DNA of 63,190 nucleotides, counting the filler, from Albugo candida (lineage: Eukaryota), in NCBI GenBank assembly GCA_040437565.1. It is 46 parts of 46 records of this genome, joined end to end, with 100 filler letters (N's around TTAATTAATTAA, not from the genome) between each part and the next. Parts side by side here need not be neighbours in the genome. Positions count along the whole stretch, not along the records: positions 1 to 1,315 come from JBDOQK010000555.1; positions 1,416 to 2,729 come from JBDOQK010000556.1; positions 2,830 to 4,142 come from JBDOQK010000557.1; positions 4,243 to 5,553 come from JBDOQK010000558.1; positions 5,654 to 6,964 come from JBDOQK010000559.1; positions 7,065 to 8,372 come from JBDOQK010000560.1; positions 8,473 to 9,777 come from JBDOQK010000561.1; positions 9,878 to 11,182 come from JBDOQK010000562.1; 38 more parts are not named here. One strand, 5' to 3'. Below are positions 1 through 13,415 of the stretch, one piece after another; positions within the stretch are counted from its first letter, which is position 1; each line of letters starts with the position of its first letter. The notes beneath the pieces were generated by a model. It was not told where the DNA came from. It saw only the letters and a program-made list of their open reading frames with translations, and did no database searches. The position numbers and the translations under genes were made by a program.

Positions 1-142
1 TAGATATAAATGAAATACGACCAATGTAGGTCGTAATGTAATAACGGGAGAACTGGTGGTAAATGGAATAAGGGAGGTTAATAGCTAGTTATTGAATAGA
101 ACTAGAATAACCTGATTAAGTTCATGACAAAAGCTCCCTCTT
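1..142 (-). mobile_element. Polypurine tract and start of the 3' LTR of a chromovirus
   Basis: On the minus strand the pol stop is followed by AAGAGGGAG (PPT) and then TGTCATG from position 129. Confidence 0.6.
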
Positions 143-1315
143 AAGGTCGAGCTCCGAGAAGACCTTTTGGACTATCAGGATGTTTCTTGTGGAAGTCTTC
201 AATTAGTTCAGTACAGTTGGTGATGTTTTTTATTGGTTCCCAAGTACGGTCCATAGTTGTGCATCCTTTCCAATGAACAAGATATTGTAAAGAGTTGCGG
301 TATATTCTTGAGTCTACTATTTCTTGTACTTCAAATTCTTCATGTTCATTTATAATTTCAGGTGGAGAAAGAATAGAGGTTCTTCCTTCGATAGTATTTT
401 TCTTATATGATTTAAGTAAGCTAGTGCGAGCTGATGTTGGTCTTTGGAATTTGATATGCTTTGAAGATAACCAAACCTTGTCACCTATCTGTTGAGGACC
501 TTCACTTTTGTTACGAAAAAGACAAGTACCGCACGTAGAAACGTAATCCTTTATAAACTTACACATTTCTGGCCAATAGTATTTGCGTTCAACTGTTTCG
601 TAAGTTCTTTTAATTCCTAAATGGTCTGTGATTGAGGTGTTGTGACATTCACTAAGAATGCTTCTTTTAACTTTGTTGTTGTCTGGAATGCAGGCTAATC
701 CTTTAAAAAATAGTATGTCGTTTTTGAAGGTGTATTCCTCATGTTTTTTTAGTATTGCTTACTATGTCTGTAACAGTAGGTGCGAACTGTTTGTCTGTCA
801 ATATTTTAGCATTGGTACTGAGGGTAAGTTTGTTTGTTTTGGTACATCCACCCTCCCCTGAAGGTTTATCTTTCCGAGATAAAGCATCAGATGCTGCGTT
901 GGTTTGGTCACCTGGGTGATAGACTATGGTAAAATTATAATCTGCTAAAATTTCAGCCCATTTTACTTGATGGTGACTCAAATTACTTGTTGCTGTGAAG
1001 TATTCAAGGCTTTTGTGATGCGTAATGACAACAGTGGGCTTTTGTGGAGACTCTAAGTAATGTCGCCAGTGTATAAATGCGGCAATAATAGCTAACAATT
1101 CTTTATCGTACAGTTGATAATTGACCTCTGCTGCTAATAATTGACGTGAATAAAACGCTATGGGGTGTAGGACTCCTTCAGCATCCTCTTGACTACACAA
1201 TGCATTGAGGGTGAAGTCACTGGTATTGGTCTCAATAACACAAGAGAGTTTAGGATTGTAACGTCTTAGGATAGGACTTCTGGTGATGAGGTTTTTAAGT
1301 TCTATCGTTGAAAGA
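141..1315 (-). pseudogene. Ty3/Gypsy chromovirus pol 3' part (RNase H, integrase Zn finger, chromodomain), internally deleted
   Basis: RNase H HPIAFYSRQL..YDKELLAII..WRHYL; CGTC Zn finger joined almost directly to GDKVWLSS; chromodomain EFEVQEIVDSR..YLVHWKG..TWEP; frameshifts; no DDE core. Confidence 0.9.
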
Positions 1316-1415
1316 NNNNNNNNNNNNNNNNNNNNNNNNNNNNNNNNNNNNNNNNNNNNTTAATTAATTAANNNNNNNNNNNNNNNNNNNNNNNNNNNNN
1401 NNNNNNNNNNNNNNN
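1316..1415. other. Artificial contig linker (first of 45)
   Basis: N44-TTAATTAATTAA-N44 (stops in all six frames) recurs about every 1.35-1.4 kb; contig lengths fall from 1315 to 1225 nt. Confidence 0.99.
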
Positions 1416-1622
1416 ACTGCTTATTGACATATCGGTTGTCAAACTTTAATGATATGATTTGTAATCCCTTTTGCTAATGAGTATAATGTGAATTCTCACA
1501 TTATATCTTATTATAAATTATATCTAGAATTTAGACTCCAGTTCTAATATCTGAGTTTAATTGAATCCATTTGTATCTTATATACAATTATCATAGCCAG
1601 TATATAACATAGCTCCCCTCCA
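1416..1622 (-). mobile_element. PPT and partial 3' LTR of a Gypsy element
   Basis: Minus strand GGAGGGGAG followed by TGTTATATAC at 1609, downstream of the chromodomain ORF. Confidence 0.55.
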
Positions 1623-2026
1623 GCCAAGCAATTACCCTGTATTTGCTTTAAGGCGAGAAAATACTCTAGTTATTTCTGCAATGATAAGTCCTAAGGATAT
1701 ACATCCTTAACCAAATTAAAGCCACTTTAATTCGTCTAGCATATTCAATTACTAACACTCTTCTAGATCCAATATTGTACCTGAAATTTTACTTTATCAA
1801 TATCCAAGATTAAGTTTTTTAATCTTCCGACGATATTCTGAATAAAATCCCAAAAAAGAAATAATAAAAATAAAATTAAAAATAAATGTATAAACTAATA
1901 GATCGCTCTAATGCCGACATAAAACACCCTAAAAACCCGCAGTGCGGTAAAAAAACATATATGGGTGAAAGTCCTTATTAGTAAGTCCGAGACTTAAGAT
2001 CTTTCTCTACCACTTCTAGTACGTTT

Positions 2027-2729
2027 TCAGCCTTTGTTAACTGGAACAACGTTATTTTGTTCAGCAGACTTACTAGTGGTCTTTTCCTTGTTATTACCTT
2101 TAATAACTTTTTCTTTGTTACCTTTTGTAACCTTTTCTTTGTTACTTTTTGTAACCTTTTCTTTGTTACCTTTTGTAACCTTTTCTTTGTTACCTTTTGT
2201 AACCTTTTCTTTGTTACCTTTTGTAACCTCTGTAGCTTTTTCCTTTCTCTGCTTCTCTTTATTCTTATACTTTTCTGCAGTTTGTTTTTCCCTATACAAT
2301 TTAGAATTATCGATAAGACCTTTTCTTTTCAGATATTTTCTAATAGGAGCTACAGATTCAAAGTTTTGAATTGGTTCCCATGTATCTTCATCGTCTTCTG
2401 GAAATCCTTTCCATTTCACACGATATAATCTATCTTCAGGATCGTCGCCTTCATGATCAACGACTGCTAAGACATCAAAGCAATTCTCATCGTTATCTTG
2501 TGGTCTAACGTCATCACTGTCAACATATTTCAATTGAGAGATTGATACAGGTCTAGGCAATAAAGCACCTGAAGCGATTGAGGCTACATTATAACTGCCC
2601 CCCCTAGTGACAGACATCACTCGGTAAGGTCCTTCATACCTTCTGATGGATTTCGCATCACGAGTAGGTACCTCAACCATAACCCTAGTTCCAATAAGAT
2701 ACGGTTCATAAATAATACGTTTGCGTTTC
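2027..2729 (-). CDS. Ty3/Gypsy integrase C-terminus with chromodomain (partial)
   Basis: YEGPYRV (GPY/F motif), FDVLAVVDH..YRVKWKGF..DTWEP, then a Lys-rich tail. Confidence 0.88.
2085..2228 (-). repeat. 24-bp coding tandem repeat (KEKVTKGN, about 6 copies)
   Basis: GTTACCTTTTGTAACCTTTTCTTT repeated on the plus strand. Confidence 0.9.
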
Positions 2730-2829
2730 NNNNNNNNNNNNNNNNNNNNNNNNNNNNNNNNNNNNNNNNNNNNTTAATTAATTAANNNNNNNNNNNNNNN
2801 NNNNNNNNNNNNNNNNNNNNNNNNNNNNN

Positions 2830-4142
2830 GTTGAAGTTTTACCCTACTGTCCCTCAAACATGCTTATTGGAAACAACTTCTTACATCGTGTAAAAGCAAG
2901 AATAAACCTTGAAAACAAAACTGTGCGCATCAATTATAAGAATACTATTACCCAGTTTCCCATTAATTTTGAAAACACAAATTCCAAAAACGACCATAGA
3001 ATAAAAAGTGTGGTTACGTTACCCTACCAAACTGATGCTATACGTACAAAGACTACTACTGCTCCAACTACAGTTGAAGTTACCTATAGCAGTGAAGAAT
3101 CAGAAGGATCCTCGTCCGAAGAAGAACTTGAAAATGATGATTTATATGCTAGTCTATCTGAATCTGACACTTCAGAACTGTTACTATGTGATTCGGAATC
3201 TATCATTGGAACAAACTCATTTAATTCTTTACAAGTTATAACATGCAAACAATCTGAAACTACTGAACAATCATATGATGTTTATACCAAAGTACCCATT
3301 ATTATCCCTGCTTTCTTTACAATGATCGTAAAATTTGAAAAAGATCATGTGCTATATCAAAACAAACATCACTTAGGAAATCAATCATGTATCTTTACCA
3401 TGCTAAATGACAAATTTTTAGACTGTGGAAATTCTTATCAAATTAAACGAAATAGAATTTATATCACTAATCATTTGAAAACTGATATGGTATTGGAGGC
3501 CAATACTTTTTTGGGGGTGGGAGAATACTTAAATAAATCTACTGTTGATTTTTCTTACTCTATAAATAAGGATAACATAACAAATCATCTATCAAATAAC
3601 ACGATGATATACAATATGAATATTACCGATACGAATCAAAATGACGTTACATTAAACAATAATTATGATACCTTGCTACCCACTGAATTACAAGAAAAAC
3701 TTGACTTATCTGATGTGCCAAACTCCATAAACGAAGATATATTAAAACTTTTGTCAGAATACCAAGACATTTTTGATTGGGATAATAACAAAATTGGTTG
3801 TTTAAAAAATGCTGAATATAAAATTACATTGAAGCCTGATGCTGTTCCTTTCCGTGCCCGTGCATATCGTCTATCACCACAAGAATCTGAAGGTTTAAAA
3901 ATTGAACTGGACAAATTTTTAAAACTTGGTCTTATTAAAGAAGTTGATGATTATTGTGATTGGGCTAGTCATATAATATTGGTCAAGAAGAAAGACAACA
4001 CCTATCGTATGGTAGCTGATTTGAGAAAACTGAACAAAGCAATCAAAGTGCCGTCACACCCTATTCCACGTATTGATGAGCTAATCGATACTTTGGGAAA
4101 AGCAAAACTGTTTTCTAGTTTTGATCTTAGAAGTGGTTTTTT
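2830..4142 (+). CDS. Ty3/Gypsy pol fragment (protease end, linker, start of reverse transcriptase)
   Basis: LIGNNFL protease tail; PFRARAYRLS, WASHIILVKKKD..RMVADLRKLN, PIPRIDELID, FDLRSGF. Confidence 0.92.
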
Positions 4143-4242
4143 NNNNNNNNNNNNNNNNNNNNNNNNNNNNNNNNNNNNNNNNNNNNTTAATTAATTAANN
4201 NNNNNNNNNNNNNNNNNNNNNNNNNNNNNNNNNNNNNNNNNN

Positions 4243-5553
4243 ATTACGAACGTCGAGTACAACACGAGGCTTGTCGAAAGAATAAAGACCGGTGACAGGA
4301 TCCTTTTTAGAGATGACTAAAAGAGGTGCATTAAAACCAGTATGTGATGGAGCAGCTTCAATAACACCTTCGTCAGACCATTTAGATATTTGAGCAAGAA
4401 CAGCGTCTTTATATGCGTATGGTTGCGGGTATTGTTTTTTAAAGGCTACACAATCTTTTTTGGTGCGTAAAGAGACCATAGAACCTGGTAAGTTACAGAA
4501 TGTGTTTTTGATGTCAATTTCTGAATTTTCTTTGAATAAAGGTTTAAGTGTTTCAGTCATTGTTAAACGTTCAACTGTACTACCGTAAGGACTCTCATTG
4601 GGCTTTAATAATGCAGGATCAACAGGTGAAGGAGGAAAAAGTTTGGATGACATATCGTTAAAGTGAGTATTCACTAAACCGACGAAACCAATTTGAAGTT
4701 TACTAATGTGATCCATTCCAATTAGACATGGGATACTATTAGTGTTACGTGTAGTGAGAATATCAAAAACTTCGAAAGACAACTTCTTAAGTAAGATATT
4801 ATTATAGAAAAGCTTATCAATTATAACTCTGCCAACTCGAGGTTCAACAACCTGTGAATGACCAAGTTGTACAAATTGTGGATCATGATTAGGAATAGAA
4901 ATGATTTTTTTATTAAGAAAATTAACAAATGAAGGAGTAATCATGCTATGTGTAGCCCCGGGATCAAGAAAGGCGTACGTTTTGATGTTTTCTATAATAA
5001 TAGGAATTGTAATCATGTTAGTTTTATGTACTGGAGGTACACTAAAAATATGATGTGACTTACAAAGTTGTGCTTGTTCAGCAATCATGGCCTGAGTATC
5101 CTCATCCATATCTACATCCATGTCATCGGGATGACGTTCTGGAAGAGCAGGAGAGGAACCCGTATTGGCGCTTACAGATGGGCGGAAGAAGAAGCAGAAG
5201 AAGAATCAGATGTCATGACCGGAGTCGCAATTTCAGCCGCAGCCAAAGAAGGAAGAGAAACAGAAGTCACAGAAGAATTGTTAGCAGCGCCAACAAAAGA
5301 AAGAGCAGACAAGTGAGGACCACCTCTAGCAGTGTTACAACGATGATCCCTAGTCCAACCAGGAGCACCACATTTAAAGCATGTAGGCGATTCAGAAGCA
5401 GAATCAGAAGCAGAACCTTGACCAGAAGAAGCAGGAGGATTGTAAGAGACCACCCTACTCTCGGAATGACCACCATTGTCATTAGCACCATCTTCACGAC
5501 GTTTTTGTAAAACGCGACAGTTTTCAGAGGAATGAGTATCTACTTGATGATAC
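4243..5553 (-). mobile_element. Ty3/Gypsy gag-pol junction (Zn knuckle, aspartic protease, RT start) with one frameshift
   Basis: CFKCGAPGWTRDHRC knuckle; AFLDPGATHS protease; FNAPLLVISKK..PRVVLDVR; gag frame stops at 5172 while the pol frame is open across it. Confidence 0.88.
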
Positions 5554-6567
5554 NNNNNNNNNNNNNNNNNNNNNNNNNNNNNNNNNNNNNNNNNNNNTTA
5601 ATTAATTAANNNNNNNNNNNNNNNNNNNNNNNNNNNNNNNNNNNNNNNNNNNNGTGTAAACAACATAGCACACTGATCAATTAAGCAACGTCTCACTTTT
5701 CTTTGATCCGCATGTACTTGATTTGAACCAATAGTAGTATCTGTGTCTTCGCTTAGTAAGTCAGGGTTTAATTCATTCAGCTCAAATTGCAAGTAAAAAC
5801 TATCTTAGACGTGAATGACTGAAGTTGTTGTATCTTGATCTACGATCATATCATTCGGTGTTTAAAGTACAATGGGCCACTCAAAGTGCGACATTCATTT
5901 CACAAGGCGCATTGTTGGTACCAATCTGGCAAAGGTCATTTTATAATAAACATGCAATGTAAATTCAATCGCTACTTTTTGTATACAGAGGCACTGTTCA
6001 GCTTAATTGAAAAAAAAAATGCGATATAAAAAGATTTACGTTTCTCAAATCGAGTGAAACTGATCATCCTGGTTAAAAATAGATCCGGAAAATCGAAACT
6101 GTTGAGCCCAAGCCAGTCAACGCTGATTAAAATAACATCGCATCTTATCAAGAGACTGTTGCAGATCGTATCTCATAACGGAATCCAGAAGCCAGACTTG
6201 TTGATTGTTTCAAAGAAAAGAATAAGATTTTCCTTTTTCTTTTATCTTGAGAGATCTATTTTGATTTACTAAACACTACTATTCATTGCTTCGCATACAA
6301 ATATTCATATCATATGCAGATACAAAAGTAACTTTGCAAAGTTCACTTGAAATTTTTCACAATGGATTTTATTGCTCCGTCGTGCATGTTCAGTAACCGA
6401 TCATTGGCGTAATTTAAATTAATAATATTTTTGTGCAATGTTTAAAAATCTTATTGACAACGTTATATTTGTTTTTACCATAAATAGGGCTATTTATTAT
6501 TATAATGTGTTATGTGTGATAATTCTAAGTTGAAATGCATGTACAGGGTAATATTTGGATGAATGAT

Positions 6568-6964
6568 TTAAAGAGCAAATTTGGCTTTACCAGAGCTACT
6601 GAGAAGACCAAAGTTAGATTCAACACCGGAAGACTTCCATTTAGAATCCTCCCACTCAAAGAAATAATAAGGAAGAGAAGTGGTAGAAACAGCAGAGACA
6701 AACTTTTGTAAATTAGCAGTGCTTGGAACACTCTTACCGGAAGTAGGACCAGCAGAAGGCCACCCAGTTTCAGTAATATACACTTTCTTGGATCCAGCAA
6801 CCTTTTGGAAATTACTATATCTTGTTTGTAAATTTTGAAGAGCACCATTGATATCGACTTGAGCAAAGAAAGGATGAATGTTGGCACATACAATATCAGA
6901 AGCAGCCACCAAATCCTTAGTATAGGTACCATCAATTTCAACAGATCCAACCTTGATTCCTTTA
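6568..6964 (-). CDS. Glycoside hydrolase family 17 (Bgl2/Scw-like beta-1,3-glucanase or transglycosylase), C-terminal part
   Basis: ANIHPFF, VYITETGWPSAG (nucleophile Glu), YYFFEWED..WK..VESNFGLL. Confidence 0.9.
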
Positions 6965-8472
6965 NNNNNNNNNNNNNNNNNNNNNNNNNNNNNNNNNNNN
7001 NNNNNNNNTTAATTAATTAANNNNNNNNNNNNNNNNNNNNNNNNNNNNNNNNNNNNNNNNNNNNAGTTTAAAGTCCGCCATTTTTTTTTTTTATTTGGAA
7101 TACATCTTTCAAGGCCCAAGATATTGACCTTAAAGTAAACTCCCTGAAACCCAAGTTTTTAATAACCTGTTTCTAAAATGATTCCATGCAGAATTTTTTT
7201 CTCTATCTATCTATGTAAATTGTAAATTATTTTTGTATTAAAAATATAAAGTTTTTCGCACAAATTTATATACAGTTTTATCACTGTAGTGAACATTTTT
7301 TCTGATTTAATTTCAATAAAAATACATTCATTGAATAGAGCATAAAAAACTACATATATTTGGTTTATAAACGCATATATCAAAAATGGCTCGATTTCGA
7401 CATACACGTCAAAAAAGATTTTTGAGTTCAAACTCAAAGGGAACAGCTCACAAATTTTTGCGATTTTTCATTTTCGAAAAAAACAATTTTATGCAAGAAA
7501 TTGATGTTATAAATGATCTGTAACATATTTGAGTTATAAACTTGGGTTTAAAAGCTACATTTTATGTAATGGACTTGTGATGTTTAGGTTTTATCTAAGG
7601 AGCGAATGTTATGTATAAATATTGGTAAAATCTGGTCCCTACTACTATGTTTATGTAGAAAAAGTTTCCTCTATTAAAATATTATTATGCGTTATCTATT
7701 TACCTAAAAAAAGATCTGAACAAAGAGAAACGACTATGGTGGTGACATACATTGTTTATTCTAATAAAGCAAGGTGAGAACTCGTTTTCTTTAAAAGTCA
7801 TTCATAGCAACTGTTAGCGATAGACTATTATACTGGTACCATACAGAACATAGTATTATAGTAGCAGTAGTCAGCAGTCAAAAGAACGAAGCAGACAGCA
7901 GTGTATTTTACTATTGTTACGTAAGCCAACATAGAATAGTTTTTTAAGGGTTTTTCTATCTTTACTAGCAGATTCAGAAATCTCGATAGCAATTTTTTTT
8001 TTTACATTTCTCCTATCTACTGCCACCAAGAAAAAAATCTCAGATTGTTATTAGCTATAAAGAAGGATTTTTCTTCTATTACAAAGGACATCACATAATT
8101 GGAATATAACCAATACATGAAAACAAATGTGACTAGTTTCATGGTATACATTACAATGAATTATACAAAAAAGAAAATGTGAGTAGTACTACTTTCTTAT
8201 ATATAAATATTCATGTGCTCTGGTTTTAATAACTATGTCAGTTTATTGTTTATATATAACAACTAGGGTTTATTGATGCAAAGATCAAGATAAAGAAGAT
8301 TTGAAGAGGCATAAAGACAGACAGATTTTAAAGTTGAAGATAAAGGGACATATCCGCGAAACAGTATTTGATNNNNNNNNNNNNNNNNNNNNNNNNNNNN
8401 NNNNNNNNNNNNNNNNTTAATTAATTAANNNNNNNNNNNNNNNNNNNNNNNNNNNNNNNNNNNNNNNNNNNN

Positions 8473-9777
8473 CCAACTATCAACTTGAGAGAGAATAGCA
8501 CCTAGACCAGTAATAGAAGCATCGACCGATAAAACTTGCACCTTATTTTTATCAGGATAAGTAAGAATAGGAGCACTAACGAGACATTTCTTTAATTCCT
8601 GAAAAGACTTTTCTTGAGCATCACCCCAATTGAACACACAGTTCTTTCTTGTCATTTTAGTAAGTGGTGAAGAAATAGTAGCATAACCAGGAACATATTT
8701 TCTGTAATACCCAGACAAACCAAGAAAAGAACGAACTTCAGACACATTACGAGGACTAGGAAAAGCCTTCAATTTCTCAACATTTCTTGCACAAGGAGAA
8801 GTACCATTAGCGCCTAGAACATGACCCAGATACTCGACAGAAGATTCACCAATAAATGATTTCTTTCTTTTCAGCTTTAGATTAGCTTTTTCACAAGCCA
8901 TAAACATTAATTCCAAATGCTTTTCATGTTCTCCCATACTTGAAGAGAAAACCAAGATATCATCCAAGAAATTGTAAATAAAATCACCAATATAATCCTT
9001 GAATATATCCGTAACCACCCTAGAATATTCAGCAACACCCACAGTAACACCTTGAGGACAAACTTTGTACCGGTAAGTGCCAGTCTTAGTGATAAAGCCA
9101 GTAACCTCACGATGATCAGGATTGATCTCCAATTGATGATAACCAGAAGTACAATCAAAGACACTAAACACCTTAGCATTCACCGTGTTCTCAGTCAGTT
9201 CAGAGACAGTAGCCACAGGAAAGTTTGTCTTGACTATTTGTTCATTTGCGCCTCTCAAGTCAACCACCACCCTTTTTGAACCACCTTCCTTCTTATCCAA
9301 AAGAAACAAACTACTTGTCCAAGTACCAAGAGAAGGTTCAATCAGATCCAGTTCCAGCATTTCCTTGACATAATTATTCAAAATATCTTGATCAGCCCAA
9401 GTTAACCGAAAAGGAGAGTTTCTAACCGGAACAAAATTTTCTTTTAAATGAATGTCCATTTGATAACCTTTAATTTTAGAAAGACCGGAGACTTCTGAAA
9501 AACAATGCTTGTACCTTTCAACAACTTGAGATAGCTCCATAGAAACACCAGCAGAAATATTAGATTCATCAAAAGCAACTTCACCAAGAATACCATTAAT
9601 TTTGGGCTTCTTATTAGCATCATTAAAATCATCTTCTAATAGGTCATCAGCTACATTATTCAAATATTTCTGTTCGGTTTCAACTTGATAGATTTTCTTG
9701 ACTTTGGATAATTTCTTGAACCTTTCATTTAAGTTTAGCCTTTTACCATCTTCATCATAATGTTTAGTAAAACATTT
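8473..9777 (-). CDS. Ty3/Gypsy reverse transcriptase to start of RNase H (partial)
   Basis: FDCTSGYHQ, YKVCPQG, FLDDILVFS, VRSFLGLSGYYRKY, VDASITGLGAILSQ. Confidence 0.95.
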
Positions 9778-12041
9778 NNNNNNNNNNNNNNNNNNNNNNN
9801 NNNNNNNNNNNNNNNNNNNNNTTAATTAATTAANNNNNNNNNNNNNNNNNNNNNNNNNNNNNNNNNNNNNNNNNNNNAACCAAAATCAAAACTGCTTTCC
9901 ACTACATGATCAACCTCAACTGTTTGGTGATAATCTCCTTCAGTAGTTCTTTCAATTATTTCAAGATGACTATATTGCGTACTATAATATCTGACTTGAC
10001 CTAGATTTGGAATAGGGCAATTATATTCAGTGCGTACATACTTATTAAAAGTGGAAGAAATAATATTTTAGGTAAGCGTGGTTGTTATGGGATTACAAAG
10101 AGCTAAAATAGACAGGAATATTGTCTTTACATACTTTTATTTAAATAAAAAGTACGATAAAAAAAAAGGAGATCTTCTATAATTGAAATTTTGGATAAGA
10201 TTTGATTGGAATTAGTTATTACCTATTCCACACTGACTGGTTGTTTATTCAACTAAAGCAATTAAATGGGGTGGAATATTCACAGTATTTGATAAATTGA
10301 GAATGTGAATTTTTTACAGTATCAACATGATTAAGTTTTTCTATGGCAGTTTGTATATTTTTAACTTATAACTTTTGTTTAACTTATTAAAAAAAATGGC
10401 ATAGGTACTGAAACTACTATAATTTGATCTATGTACACCAACTTTATCAAGATATCCTGGTTCATTGTTACCATCAGTTGCGTACTGCATGATAACTGTT
10501 GTTTTGATTGTTCCATAATATATATACAACCATTTTTTTCTTTATAACATAGTGATCCACCAGTAATTCGTCAACTTATTTAACAACTATGTAGACAAAT
10601 GTACTAATCGTATAAGTTAATATTTACCTGTTAGAAGGATAAAAATATTTTTTTATTTATATAATAATATTATATTTAGCTTTAAAAAATGATAACATTG
10701 ACGCATATAATAATACATAAAAGATTATATTTTTTTAGTGATATTATTTGTGTAACAAAGTAGCTTCCAACAACAATTTACCACAATCTACTACTGCTTC
10801 ACCGAAACGTTCGGTAACAATAATTACTTTGTTTATTGATTTGCATTTTATTGAGTATGTATGTGAGGTTTCCCCTTTCATTTGCTGGGCAGTAGTATTG
10901 AGTAATGGTTTTTTTTGGGTTGCGTTGCTGTTGATTGTTGTTTTCTTTTAAATTTAATGAAAAGCAATCAATTGTACCTTGTTGTTTATGATTAGTTTCT
11001 TTTATTTTAAGCGTCGCTACGTTAGAAGAATAATCATCTATATTATCCATGAGACTTACATTATTTTTAAGGTGGAGCATATTTATGATAGTATTGTGCA
11101 TGTTTACATGTTTAATTTGGCATCCACATTCTTTTTTTTGACCAAGGTAGTGAGCAGCACTCAAGCTTTAGTGTATCAAGTGNNNNNNNNNNNNNNNNNN
11201 NNNNNNNNNNNNNNNNNNNNNNNNNNTTAATTAATTAANNNNNNNNNNNNNNNNNNNNNNNNNNNNNNNNNNNNNNNNNNNNTATGATAACTTTTACCCC
11301 TTGTTCAGAACTAAAAGATTTACAATTACCTAGAATATTTTTCTAATGATTCAAAAAACAATATTCATTAGATGAGTTTCTCGAGACTAATGTATTTACG
11401 CTGTTAGAGAACAAGGTAAATATTGTGGTGTGTCATTTAATGAATCTAAATTTCGCAACAATCACTAGATCCTCAATAACAGATTGTGTAATTTATATTT
11501 GACGACTTGCTAATTACAGAATAATATTATATTGTTTGTATTCAAGTGCTTGGAACACTTTGAATTATGACGAAAGCCGAGATTAATTTAAGGCGTAATA
11601 GAATGTGCTTACCGGAGCGAGACGCACTCGTATTATAGTCATCAAAAACCTCAAAGAGTAGATCAACCAGCAAACCAGTTAAATCAGCCAGTATAAAATT
11701 GTTTTGCTGAATCCACAACATGCTGATGCGCAAAAACGTCAGATGAGGAACTAGATGGCTCAAAGATGAACTGATTCACCTCATATGCTATAAAACCAAT
11801 TTTAAATGTATTGATTATATACTTGGAAAACAGAAAATTAAAATTTTAGAGAATGAAACAATTGGATCTAGAACTAAAATAGACATGATGAAGATGTAGG
11901 AATGTACTCATTAGAAAAGCTAATCTGTTTAGGATCTCTTTAAAACCTGAAGCCATTATATCTATAGTCGACAGATTTGCAGTTAATAATGTATATACGT
12001 CTATAGTTAGCAGGCCTAGAGACAGTACATAGAATTTGGAT

Positions 12042-12281
12042 CTACTAGATTTCCCACTATTTTTGGGACAAATTTTCAGGTATTTTTGGGAATTACAAAA
12101 TGTGGGAAACTTTGCTCATCAATGCTTATAGGGTGTGCTTGATGTAATGGTAGTTTTTATTTGAAAAAAAAAGGAATTCAAAAAGTGACCCAATAAATAT
12201 TTAATTTTGTCCCAAAAATACATGGAAATTTGCCCCAATAACGTTCATGATTCGTCCCCGAAACAGTGGAAAGCCCAGTAG
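12042..12281. mobile_element. Putative MITE with imperfect ~32-bp TIRs and TA flanks
   Basis: Left CTACTAGATTTCCCACTATTTTTGGGACAAAT versus right-end reverse complement CTACTGGGCTTTCCACTGTTTCGGGGACGAAT; extra internal inverted copy TTTGTCCCAAAAATA near 12206-12220. Confidence 0.6.
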
Positions 12282-12682
12282 GTGAATATACTCGTTTTTA
12301 GAGATAACTATTTTTCACATGATATTGTGCTGAACATAAATTACCAAAGCGGTTACATATAGAGAACGGAAGCAATTATTCAAGCAGATTGAAAAATGGA
12401 TGAACGCTAACGCTGTGTTGTAAGCACACAGATAATATCACTATATTATTTATACATCAACCTCATTACACTCCTGCTAATCAATAGTACATATATATAC
12501 GTACGTGTAACACTAAAATTCTACAGATGCAGGTACGAGATACTCTCAAGTATCACTAATAGTTATGTTGTGTCCGAACACANNNNNNNNNNNNNNNNNN
12601 NNNNNNNNNNNNNNNNNNNNNNNNNNTTAATTAATTAANNNNNNNNNNNNNNNNNNNNNNNNNNNNNNNNNNNNNNNNNNNN

Positions 12683-13319
12683 CAATATCACGGATAGTAC
12701 CATGAGGAGTAAAGGTGGCAGTAAGTTGGTCAAGCAAAGTGGAGTAAGGGAGCAAAGGCAAACCGGAAAGAGCAATCTTAACGAGCCCTTTGCTGGCCGT
12801 GACTGCGGGAGAAGCATGAAAGCGTATTTCCTGATCCTTAGTAGGAATGGAAATAGGTTGAGCGAGAGCGGAGGTACAAGAATCTTCGTCGCACAAAGAG
12901 ACTTCAATAGAGATTTCATTAGTAGTGGCTTGTGTGATATTCAAACCAAGGCCAACATCACGAGGAAACTGTTTACGAATAGCCTTATGAAAAGGAAGTT
13001 GTGAATGATTTAAATCAGCTGAGAGCGTATAAAAAACCGAATGAGGGAAAGTACCGGCCTGAAAAACAGGTGGTGCCTGACCTGGAAGGAGAAGAGATAT
13101 TTCAGATCTCGGTTCAGCAATGGTCGATTTCACGATTGCAGAAAAATTCAATGGTGAGGGCACTTTTGGGGTACCAGGAAGTTGAGGATCCTTAGATCCG
13201 GAAGACATGTTGGAGATGTCAGGTTGGTTGTTGTTATTTACTGGGCTCAAGCTTGGAGAAGCTATGGGCGGGGTTTGAAAGGTACCCAAAGTTTTGGTAG
13301 GTGAGGAAGCCATGTGCAA
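12683..13319 (-). CDS. Non-LTR retrotransposon (L1/Tx1-like) ORF1, N-terminal part
   Basis: Ser/Pro-rich start, NFSAIVKS, then RRM-like VKIALSGLPLL..LTATFTPHGTIRDI, as in fungal LINE ORF1s. Confidence 0.65.
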
Positions 13320-13415
13320 AAAAAAAATTTATTAACATCAAAGTTAAAACACACGGTTGGAATTGAAAATAATTGAGTTTGTAATCTATTTACATTTTTT
13401 CCCTAATTATTGCAA

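Noticed and set aside
1960-2015. Hammerhead-like structure after the Gypsy stop (TAAGTC-TCG-GACTTA then CTAATAAG on the minus strand)
   Set aside because: No CUGANGA core and no stem II-GAAA in the required order; only a stem-loop.
2034-2428. Hydrophobic plus-strand ORFs (FVTFSLLP repeats)
   Set aside because: Antisense of the Lys-rich coding repeat.
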